A stretch of 24,966 nucleotides of DNA from IMG/VR virus record IMGVR_UViG_3300044272_004843, positions 1-24,966 of that record, one strand, 5' to 3'. Of this stretch, positions 17,900-24,966 are shown piece by piece. The DNA comes from a virus (lineage: Duplodnaviria; Caudoviricetes). The translations under genes were made by a program, and so were the position numbers. The notes below the pieces were generated by a model. That model did no database searches, was not told where the DNA came from, and worked only from the letters and a program-made list of their open reading frames with translations. Every line of letters starts with the position of its first letter. Within the stretch, counting starts at the first letter, position 1.

Positions 17900-18996
17900 T
17901 AAAGAACCAACTCCGCTGTGGTCTGTGTCCAAGTGACTGTGTTAAACGCTTGTCCTGTGATTCTAATGGTCATTTCCTGCGTAGTAAAGTCTACACCAAA
18001 AATTGTAGATGTTTTTGTTGCCTTCACTGTAAATGTGTAGTCAGTAAAAGTGTTCCTTGCAGTTGGAACCACACCAGAAAGTGTTCCAGTGTTGGAATCA
18101 ATCGACATGCCTGGTGGTAATGTGCCGGAGTCAATGGCATATGTTATGGTAGTGTCTCCATCTTGGCCTAATGCTTCATCGGGGTCAATAACATTTAACT
18201 TAACAATTGCATAATCACCACTGGTTAATGTTGCAATGATGCCAGTCTGTGTAAAATACAATCCTCTTACGTCAGATACATCAGCTGTCAACTCGGTGTT
18301 GTCGGTTGTAAATGACGTTGAACTAGATTTAAATTTGCCAAGACCACGAACATCCAGTTGGAAAGTTCTATCAGCAAATGTTATCCCATCGGACACTCTG
18401 ACTGTAAATTGATATAGTCTATCAATAGATCCACTACGGACAACCAAATCCCAAGCTCCAGTATCGAATGCAACACCATCCAGTCCTAGTTGTGTTGAGT
18501 CAAATGCTTCCTGAGGAATAGGACTCACCACTCCAGTAATCCTTCCTGTGTTACTCATCGTAACGCCATCAGGCAAACCTCCAGTGATGATGTCATAGTC
18601 TAAGGCAGTTGAGTCATCAGTGTCAATGTCAGATGCCTCTAACTGGATATCAACGTAGGTGCCATCAAAAATTATATCAAGTGTACCGGCAGTAGTAACC
18701 CATGTTGGAGCATCAGATCCTTCAACGAATAAAGTAAAAGTTCGATCATTTACATTTGTACCATCGGAAGCACGTACAACAAATGTTTTTTCGGTTCTGA
18801 AACTTACTTCGTTGGGAAAGCCTATAATTTTTCCGGCACTAGTCAAATTAAGTCCACTTGGTAAAGAGCCAACTAGTAATGAAAAGGTTACAGTATCTCC
18901 ATCTGAATCACTAGCTACAAGTTGTTTTTCATACTCCACACGTTCTTGGATAGTACCAAGCAAGCCAGAAGGAGTTTGCCACTGTGGAATCGACAT
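17899..18996 (-). CDS. Putative virion protein with three Ig-like (He_PIG/cadherin-like) repeats
   Basis: GSLPSGL, GGLPDGV and GTLPPGM, each followed by G.I/L.G and F.V.A/V; TAAATA 6 nt upstream. Confidence 0.75.
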   Translation of the reverse strand: MSIPQWQTPSGLLGTIQERVEYEKQLVASDSDGDTVTFSLLVGSLPSGLNLTSAGKIIGFPNEVSFRTEKTFVVRASDGTNVNDRTFTLFVEGSDAPTWVTTAGTLDIIFDGTYVDIQLEASDIDTDDSTALDYDIITGGLPDGVTMSNTGRITGVVSPIPQEAFDSTQLGLDGVAFDTGAWDLVVRSGSIDRLYQFTVRVSDGITFADRTFQLDVRGLGKFKSSSTSFTTDNTELTADVSDVRGLYFTQTGIIATLTSGDYAIVKLNVIDPDEALGQDGDTTITYAIDSGTLPPGMSIDSNTGTLSGVVPTARNTFTDYTFTVKATKTSTIFGVDFTTQEMTIRITGQAFNTVTWTQTTAELVL

Positions 18997-19014
18997 TTTG
19001 TATATTTATTGGAT

Positions 19015-19040
19015 ACAGTGGATGTGGAAACACCCACTGT
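19015..19040 (-). other. 11-bp RNA hairpin downstream of the 157-aa gene
   Basis: Minus strand ACAGUGGGUGU-UUCC-ACAUCCACUGU with one G-U pair; no U tract. Confidence 0.6.
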
Positions 19041-19051
19041 TGAATTAAAGA

Positions 19052-19525
19052 TTACTGTGAATCGATGTTTGCGACTCCTAATGCCGCAACTGATGTGGCA
19101 TCAAAAGCTTCATCGCCTACAGCAGCTCCACCCTGTGTGTTGTTGCCATCAGCAATAGACACCTTGAACTTGTCAGATCCTGATGAAGCGTCAGCACCAA
19201 TACCGCCCACAACAACTGTTCTGTTGCATAATTTGGTCACTTGGTCAGTAGATGAATCCAGAGGATTGATACATGCAATTCTGAATTCGCCTTCACCTAA
19301 TGCGCCGGCAGCTTTGTTTACTAGAGTAAGCACTTCTGTTACTGTTGATGAATCAGAAGGTTTTGTAGCAGAAACTTTAAACTTTCTTGTTGATCTTTGC
19401 GATACAATAAATGCACCTAAGCCTTCTTCAGCTCCTGCTTCTAGTTCTCCTGTTAGTCTGTAGTTGGTAACTTGGATCTTGCCTGAGCCGGATCCTATTT
19501 TACTTGGATTAATTGGTCTTCCCAT
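19052..19525 (-). CDS. Putative virion protein, 157 aa (MGRPINPSK...)
   Basis: AGGAGA SD 5 nt before ATG 19525, so the GTG start at 19567 is rejected; G/S/A/T-rich; lies in the structural block. Confidence 0.75.
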   Translation of the reverse strand: MGRPINPSKIGSGSGKIQVTNYRLTGELEAGAEEGLGAFIVSQRSTRKFKVSATKPSDSSTVTEVLTLVNKAAGALGEGEFRIACINPLDSSTDQVTKLCNRTVVVGGIGADASSGSDKFKVSIADGNNTQGGAAVGDEAFDATSVAALGVANIDSQ

Positions 19526-19545
19526 TTTATTCTCCTTTTGTTTCT

Positions 19546-19621
19546 GTCCAACGTGGGTTCTAGCCACTACGCGGAGGATGTTACCGCATAAGTCTCACTC
19601 GTTGTGTGAGCTCTATTAGAC
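19546..19621 (-). ncRNA. Structured 5' leader RNA, four-way junction (family not recognised)
   Basis: P1 GUCUAAU/GUUGGAC, P2 CUCAC/GUGAG, P3 UAUGCGG/CCGCGUA, P4 GUGG/CCAC. All three non-Watson-Crick pairs are G-U on the minus strand. Confidence 0.65.
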
Positions 19622-19644
19622 TGTGTATTTAAGCACACAGTCTA
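19617..19644. repeat. Perfect 10-bp inverted repeat enclosing a TAAATA promoter motif
   Basis: TAGACTGTGT-atttaagc-ACACAGTCTA; minus-strand TAAATA at 19631-19626. Confidence 0.8.
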
Positions 19645-19667
19645 TTAAATTTATACTAGTTTAGATT

Positions 19668-21056
19668 TTAGGTGCCGTCACCAAATCGATCTAAGTTCCA
19701 AGCTCCACCAGCAAACACACAAATTGCAAGTGTGCGTTTAGGTGTTGATGAATCGCCTGCTGTGTTTCCTATGAAAGGCTTCCATGCATATGTGGCCAGG
19801 ACGTCTCCATCATCAGGATCTCTTACTTGACTTAAAGTAACAATTGTGTTTGCAATTGATCCAACCGCAGAGTCACCTCCAGCAATGGCCAAGTACATAA
19901 CTTGTCCTTCAGATCCAGCGGCAAGGGTGTAGTCTTGTTCACCAGATGCTAGTAGATGCACTCCAGCAGTCAATGACAATGCTGTAGTTGATGTGGTGAG
20001 ATCATTTTGTACCTGATTTTCAAAAAATTGTCCAGCAACTTTTCCACCCAACACAGTAAACGCCCCATTATTAACTTGCACAGGGTCTTGGAAATTAATA
20101 ACTGAGGAGTCTTCAGTACCAATTTGATTTACAATCAGTGTTTCATTTACTTTTAGTATTTCATTGACTTCTAGTTCTGTTGAATCAGAAGATGAAATAG
20201 GTCCATTTATAACAACGCCACCTGTGCCTTGTGGTTGTAGCACAATGCTACCGTTGGTTGTTAGATTGTTAAGCACTACATCGTTGCTTGAATCTTTGAT
20301 TTCGGCGTTTGTATTAAATTTAATTGCACCGCTACCAATTTTTGATAAGTTGGTTTGTACACCGTATGCCGCAGACAAAAATCCATTAAGGGCACTGCCT
20401 ACTGTGATATTTGTGCATGTTATATCTTCTGTAATATCAACATCACCTTCAACAAATAATGCTTTACTAGAAGAGTCATTGTTCCTAATGTCCAAATTTC
20501 CTTGAATCAAAACAGAATCTGAAACAGTTAGTCTATCGCCATCAATTGCAGTAATTGTTTGTGTGTCGATGTTGGCAACAATGGTTGCTGTTGCAGTATC
20601 AGTAACAGCAGTTGTTACAGAATCATCGGAAGTGGATGTAACTGCTTTGAATTTGTCTTCACCTTCATTCCAATAAAAGAATGCAGAATCAAGTGCGGCT
20701 CCTCTGTTGATAAAAATACCAGCGTCAATGTCTCCGCCAGAGGAGTTTCTATTGAGTTCTAGTAAATTATCTTCAATTTGCATCACTGTTGCATTGATTT
20801 CAGTTGTTGTGCCTTTTACTTCTAAGTCATCATTGATAATAACTTTGCCTGTGCCATTTGTTTCAATTGTTAGATCGCCATTTGTTACTGTATTGGTAAT
20901 TGTTGATCCTGAAAGTGTTATGTTAGATAGTGAAGCACCGCCTAGTTTGTCATATATTTCGTTGAAGTTGTCATTAATTTTATCAAAAGCCGTTCTTAAT
21001 GGATCACCTGTGCCATCATTGGCCGCTGATCCTATGTTGATTGATTGTTGTGTCAT
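19668..21056 (-). CDS. Putative tail fibre/baseplate-attached protein (paralogue B)
   Basis: N-terminus INIGSAANDGTGDPLRTAFDKINDNFNEIY resembles T4-type baseplate gp9/gp10 N-termini; beta-repeat body; AGGAG SD and TAAATA upstream. Confidence 0.75.
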   Translation of the reverse strand: MTQQSINIGSAANDGTGDPLRTAFDKINDNFNEIYDKLGGASLSNITLSGSTITNTVTNGDLTIETNGTGKVIINDDLEVKGTTTEINATVMQIEDNLLELNRNSSGGDIDAGIFINRGAALDSAFFYWNEGEDKFKAVTSTSDDSVTTAVTDTATATIVANIDTQTITAIDGDRLTVSDSVLIQGNLDIRNNDSSSKALFVEGDVDITEDITCTNITVGSALNGFLSAAYGVQTNLSKIGSGAIKFNTNAEIKDSSNDVVLNNLTTNGSIVLQPQGTGGVVINGPISSSDSTELEVNEILKVNETLIVNQIGTEDSSVINFQDPVQVNNGAFTVLGGKVAGQFFENQVQNDLTTSTTALSLTAGVHLLASGEQDYTLAAGSEGQVMYLAIAGGDSAVGSIANTIVTLSQVRDPDDGDVLATYAWKPFIGNTAGDSSTPKRTLAICVFAGGAWNLDRFGDGT

Positions 21057-21122
21057 TTATGTTGTCTCCTCTGGCTGTGTATTTAACAAATTTTTTTATA
21101 AACCGGAAGTAAATATAATAAC

Positions 21123-21404
21123 ATGTACATCAAGACTACCACGTCCATTAGATTACATCAAAGAAAATCCAAACTTGATAATATTCACAACTACAAAAGA
21201 AGGCACACTGTGTATCATTTTGCATGTGATGAATGTGGGCAACAGTTTATACGTGAGGCATCTAAAGTGCCACAACAGCGGGCTTCAAATGCATTTAATC
21301 ATGTGTGTTCAGAATGTGATGTGCATCGTTTTGCACAAAAAACTGGAGTTAGAATGCGTAGGATATACAAAATTGATGCAAGTTCAACAAAGGTAAAACT
21401 TTAA
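21123..21404 (+). CDS. Small basic zinc-binding protein
   Basis: CDEC...CSEC; TAAATA 7 nt upstream (21110-21115). Confidence 0.75.
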   Translation: MYIKTTTSIRLHQRKSKLDNIHNYKRRHTVYHFACDECGQQFIREASKVPQQRASNAFNHVCSECDVHRFAQKTGVRMRRIYKIDASSTKVKL

Positions 21405-22963
21405 TTGCTGTAGATGTCTAAGTTCCAGGCACCGTTGCCAAATATACAAGTTGCAAGACTTCTTCTTGGTTCAACTGAATCACCAGCACCAAAAGGTGTT
21501 GTAAACAGTTTCCATGCATAGGTAGGCAACACATCGCCATCATCTGGATTTCTCACTTGTGATATAGTAACAGTGGTGTTTGCAACAGATCCAGCCACAG
21601 AATCTCCACCTGCAATAATAAAGTGCATGATTTGTCCTTCTGTGCCAGCGGCTAATGTGTAATTTTGTTCACCAGCTGCCAAAGAATGAACTGTTTTGGA
21701 CAGTGATAAGGCAGTGGTGGATGTTGCCAAATCATCTTGTGGCGTAAACACTGTGGCTCCCGAAACGTCTATATTTCCTGTCACGCTTACTCCAGTGTGT
21801 ATTACTCTAAATCTTTCTGATAAAGACGCTCCATCATGTGTTTTAAAAAACAATGTATTTGATGTGCCTGATGTGCCATCCATCATAAATTCTGCTCTTA
21901 CATTGCCGCCTGATTGTTGGAAACTAATACCAGGTGTGTTTGCGTCTGCAGTTCTTTGTAGTGTTACTTTTGCCGCGGCAGTTTTTACGTGCAGGGAAGT
22001 ATCGGGCGAACTTACTGATCCTATACCTACCTGTCCACCTGCTTTCAATAAAATGTCGCCTGTGCCATCGTTCTCTATTGTGATGTCTCCGTTTGTGCCA
22101 TCTGCAATTTTAATGGTTCCTGAGTTTGTTCCACTGTTGGTGCTTAGTGTTAGATCACCTGTGCCCTGTGTTGTAATCTCTGCGTTAGTGTCTGCCGCTC
22201 CAACGATTACACCAGTCGCTGTGGTTTCAAAGGTTTTGGTGTTGTCGTGATAAAGTTCAACTGCTCCATCGGCAATGCCCTTAACCATAGTTTCTGTGCC
22301 AGTGTCCTTGGAAAGTATGACATTGTTGTCACTCTGTAGGAAAAGGTTTCCTGTGCCTGTTTCTCTTACAATTGAATGACTGCCATTATGAAATATTTTT
22401 AGATCGCCGCTGTCACCAAGTTGTATTTGGTCACTGTCACCCATAATTATATTTCCATCAACATTTAGATTTTCGTTGATATTAATTTGTGTCGAATCTG
22501 ATGTAGAGATACTTGATTCTGAAAAAGTAATGTTGCCTGTAGATGCTATTCCGGTCAATGCTGACCCATCTCCACTGAAAGATGTTGCTGTAAGTGTGCC
22601 AGTAACTTCAACATTTTCTGCAATACGCACAAGTGTAGAACTATCCGCTTTTATAGTTCCAGTGAGTATCAAATTGTCATCAATAATAACGCCTGTTGAA
22701 TCATCTGACTTTATAATATTTGTAACAAGATCACCATCAATAACAACATTGCCTGTTCCATTTGGTGATATTGTGATGTCTGTGTTTGTAAATGTAGAGC
22801 TAATTGTATTTCCGCTGATGTCAATTGCTTTGCCTGTTGAATCTTGACCAGCCAAATCATAAAGTTCATCAAAATTGTTGTTGACCTTTTCCATGGCGGC
22901 ACGGAGTGTGTCACCAGTGCCTGTGTTTATTCCTGTGCCTACGTTGATTCTTTGTTTGGACAT
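21401..22963 (-). CDS. Putative tail fibre/baseplate-attached protein (paralogue A)
   Basis: N-terminus INVGTGINTGTGDTLRAAMEKVNNNFDELY; GQVGIG and ERFRV fibre-type motifs; TAAATA 6 nt upstream. Confidence 0.75.
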   Translation of the reverse strand: MSKQRINVGTGINTGTGDTLRAAMEKVNNNFDELYDLAGQDSTGKAIDISGNTISSTFTNTDITISPNGTGNVVIDGDLVTNIIKSDDSTGVIIDDNLILTGTIKADSSTLVRIAENVEVTGTLTATSFSGDGSALTGIASTGNITFSESSISTSDSTQININENLNVDGNIIMGDSDQIQLGDSGDLKIFHNGSHSIVRETGTGNLFLQSDNNVILSKDTGTETMVKGIADGAVELYHDNTKTFETTATGVIVGAADTNAEITTQGTGDLTLSTNSGTNSGTIKIADGTNGDITIENDGTGDILLKAGGQVGIGSVSSPDTSLHVKTAAAKVTLQRTADANTPGISFQQSGGNVRAEFMMDGTSGTSNTLFFKTHDGASLSERFRVIHTGVSVTGNIDVSGATVFTPQDDLATSTTALSLSKTVHSLAAGEQNYTLAAGTEGQIMHFIIAGGDSVAGSVANTTVTISQVRNPDDGDVLPTYAWKLFTTPFGAGDSVEPRRSLATCIFGNGAWNLDIYSN

Positions 22964-22969
22964 TGTGAT

Positions 22970-22987
22970 TATTTATTTGCTTAAATA
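22970..22987. promoter_or_regulatory. Back-to-back TAAATA motifs serving divergent genes
   Basis: Minus-strand TAAATA at 22975-22970 and plus-strand TAAATA at 22982-22987, within a 26-nt intergenic gap. Confidence 0.65.
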
Positions 22988-22989
22988 TT

Positions 22990-24909
22990 ATGATGAATGT
23001 TTATCTTTCACAGTTTTGTATAGATACTCCTGAAGGATCTGCTAGAGAATTTTTGTATTTTCCATATAGTGTTGGAGTTATTTGGTCATATGCATTAACC
23101 AAAGCAAAGATCAGACAGAATATGCAACTAAAAGAATTTTTAATAAAGAAGGAAAACATACAGGATGTTGTTGCGGGACTAGATAATCCTGCTATTTTTG
23201 GATTTAATTCTGTTGTTTGGAATCATGAATACAATTTAAAGTTAGCACAATGCGTTAAAGAAAGGTATCCAAACTGTGTGATAATTTTTGGAGGAGCAAG
23301 TGTCAAATATCAGGATGAAGAGTTTTTGAGACAATATAAATTTATTGACTATGCAATTTATCGTGAAGGTGAAATAGCATTTAGCAATTTGTTATTACAC
23401 ACGCTAGGAGAAGATTTAGATAACAGTGGCATTGGCTATATAAAAGATGGAAAATTTATTACAGCACCAGCAACAAGAATGGCTGACATAGATGATATTC
23501 CAAGTCCATATACAACCGGATTGTTTGACTATCTAGTAGAAAAGTATGAAGGCACTAACGTTGTTTTGAACGCTGTAGTTGAAACCAATAGAGGTTGTCC
23601 TTTTGGTTGTACATTTTGTGATTGGGGCAACGGAGCTTTTGGTAAAATTAAAAAAGGTGGTATGCACAGAGTGAAAGGCGACTTCGAATGGTTGGCCAAA
23701 AAGAAAATTGAATACATTACTAATGCAGATGCAAATTTTGGTATATTCAAAGATAGAGATGTAGAAATAACAAAATATATGATCGAACTTAAAAACAAAT
23801 ACAATTATCCTCAAATTTTTAATACATCATGGAACAAAGTTTTTTCAGTACAGATGGTTGAGATAGCCAAAATGCTTAGTGAGGCCGGAATGATGAGAAG
23901 GTTCATGGGATCTTTTCAATCTCTAAATGAACTTACAAATAAGTCAATAAAAAGGAAAAATATTTCGATGGACAATTTTTTCCAAGTATATGAAGCCTGC
24001 AAAAAAAATAATATTACAATCAGTACAGAGTTTATGTTGCCTTTACCTGAAGAAACTTATGATTCATTCATGGACACACTTGAAAGATTTTACGAAGCAG
24101 ACATTAACACAGTTGTTAATATATTAAGTATTTTGCCTAACTCTGAGATGAATGATCCCGAATATAGGAAAAAATATGGCTTAATCACGCAAATGTCTCC
24201 TGTGAAAGATTCGCCATATGCTACAGAATATCACGAAATGGTGATTGGTACTAACACTATGTCAGTAGAAGAATTTGAGAAAGCAAATATAATTAGATTT
24301 TTGTTAGAAGTTTTGCATGCCGCTGGATTTTGTGACATAATTTCAAGATTTATTGCAAAACAAAAAATGTGTAAAACTACAAAAATTTATGAAGACCTTT
24401 ATGACTATTTTCTTTTTAGACCAAAGTCAGTTCTATATAAGCATTTCATTATACTTGTTGATAATGTTAAAAAGCAATTTGTACAAAAAATGCAAGGCAC
24501 ACAGATCAAATGGCCGATGTTTTCTGACATTGGAGATAAAAATAGAAAAAAATTATATCAAGAACTGAAAGAATTTGTAGCATCATATGGATTTGAAGAA
24601 AGTATATGTAATGATGTTATTATATTGCAAAATGCCAAACAAAAACATTTTGGTCAAAAAGAAAATTATGATATAACCACCAGTTGTAACATATATGAAT
24701 ACATTGCAAATGACGAGCCTCTAAAGGAAGGTAGAAATGTGTACCATATTTCAAACGGTGGCGTGGATAAAAAACATAAGGTTTACAGCGACTTCATGAT
24801 ATCATGCAGGTTCAATCAGAATTGGCAAACTAAAGTTGAAAATAAAAGTTATTTGACTGAAAAACTTGTGCCACAGCCACAACTAGAGTGTGCGTTGGGA
24901 TTGTCATAG
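22990..24909 (+). CDS. Cobalamin-binding-domain radical SAM protein (class B-like)
   Basis: N-terminal B12-binding-like domain (PYSVG, GFNSVVWN, IIFGG, EGE); ETNRGCPFGCTFCDW; DANFG; LPEET. Start is 22990 or 22993. Confidence 0.88.
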   Translation: MMNVYLSQFCIDTPEGSAREFLYFPYSVGVIWSYALTKAKIRQNMQLKEFLIKKENIQDVVAGLDNPAIFGFNSVVWNHEYNLKLAQCVKERYPNCVIIFGGASVKYQDEEFLRQYKFIDYAIYREGEIAFSNLLLHTLGEDLDNSGIGYIKDGKFITAPATRMADIDDIPSPYTTGLFDYLVEKYEGTNVVLNAVVETNRGCPFGCTFCDWGNGAFGKIKKGGMHRVKGDFEWLAKKKIEYITNADANFGIFKDRDVEITKYMIELKNKYNYPQIFNTSWNKVFSVQMVEIAKMLSEAGMMRRFMGSFQSLNELTNKSIKRKNISMDNFFQVYEACKKNNITISTEFMLPLPEETYDSFMDTLERFYEADINTVVNILSILPNSEMNDPEYRKKYGLITQMSPVKDSPYATEYHEMVIGTNTMSVEEFEKANIIRFLLEVLHAAGFCDIISRFIAKQKMCKTTKIYEDLYDYFLFRPKSVLYKHFIILVDNVKKQFVQKMQGTQIKWPMFSDIGDKNRKKLYQELKEFVASYGFEESICNDVIILQNAKQKHFGQKENYDITTSCNIYEYIANDEPLKEGRNVYHISNGGVDKKHKVYSDFMISCRFNQNWQTKVENKSYLTEKLVPQPQLECALGLS

Positions 24910-24966
24910 GTGAAATAGGAACCAAATATTTCTTGTTTGTAATCAATTTTAGTGCCTAAAACAAAC
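24849..24966 (-). CDS. C-terminal end of an A-type Fe-S carrier protein (IscA/SufA/ErpA, HesB family); not in the ORF track
   Basis: Manual translation ...FVLGTKIDYKQEIFGSYFTYDNPNAHSSCGCGTSFSVK* contains the IDY, NPNA and CGCGxSF signatures. Confidence 0.9.
   Translation of the reverse strand, partial: FVLGTKIDYKQEIFGSYFTYDNPNAHSSCGCGTSFSVK

Noticed and set aside
17900-17932. TTG start at 17932 for the 518-aa ORF
   Set aside because: ATG at 17899 overlaps the upstream stop and has a GGAG upstream, which is a better start.
19526-19567. N-terminal extension MARTHVGQKQKENK of the 171-aa ORF
   Set aside because: It lies inside the structured leader; the strong SD points to ATG 19525.
19546-19621. 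tRNA gene, twister or pistol ribozyme, or SAM-I riboswitch
   Set aside because: No TTCRA T-loop in the right place, no D-loop GG and no CCA. Only fragmentary resemblance (AGAG, GUGG..CCAC) to the ribozyme and riboswitch cores, with key conserved residues missing.
19668-21740. Diversity-generating retroelement template/variable repeat pair in the fibre C-termini
   Set aside because: Both copies are coding, differences are not adenine-specific and include many synonymous changes, and no reverse transcriptase is present.
813-24568. Many opposite-strand or alternate-frame ORFs in the track (e.g. 3440-3844, 6181-6630, 14767-15273, 20707-21396, 21696-22250)
   Set aside because: They are shadows of well-supported genes, with no motifs or initiation signals.
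1-24966. Cellular (bacterial or archaeal) origin suggested by clpA, dnaJ, def, groES and RFC; CRISPR array or IS element
   Set aside because: These genes are interleaved with lysis and virion genes and phage-type promoters. No regularly spaced repeats, transposase or integrase were seen.

Overview
AT-rich, very gene-dense fragment of a large tailed (myovirus/jumbo-like) bacteriophage genome, mostly coded on the minus strand. The lipoprotein spanin points to a Gram-negative host. From right to left it holds: (1) a partial IscA/HesB Fe-S carrier gene missed by the ORF track, overlapping a B12-type radical SAM gene; (2) a virion block with two paralogous fibre/baseplate proteins, a 157-aa protein with a structured leader RNA, and a split Ig-like repeat gene; (3) a stand-alone DnaE (Pol III alpha) fragment, GroES, an RFC-type clamp loader and PhoH; (4) a lysis cassette (GH108 endolysin, overlapping i/o-spanins, two membrane proteins); (5) a dnaJ-def-clpA operon; (6) a cupin, an HxGH nucleotidyltransferase, a HAD nucleotidase and a second radical SAM. 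The most notable signals are a 76-nt four-way-junction RNA with a competing promoter-containing hairpin (19546-19644), two promoter classes placed for leaderless translation, a shared N-terminal M-x-[LI]-x-E-[LI] tag that may target proteins to the capsid, a D-S-[S/T] motif enriched in virion proteins, and an intein-free split DnaE. All calls come from motif reading by eye; no searches were run.
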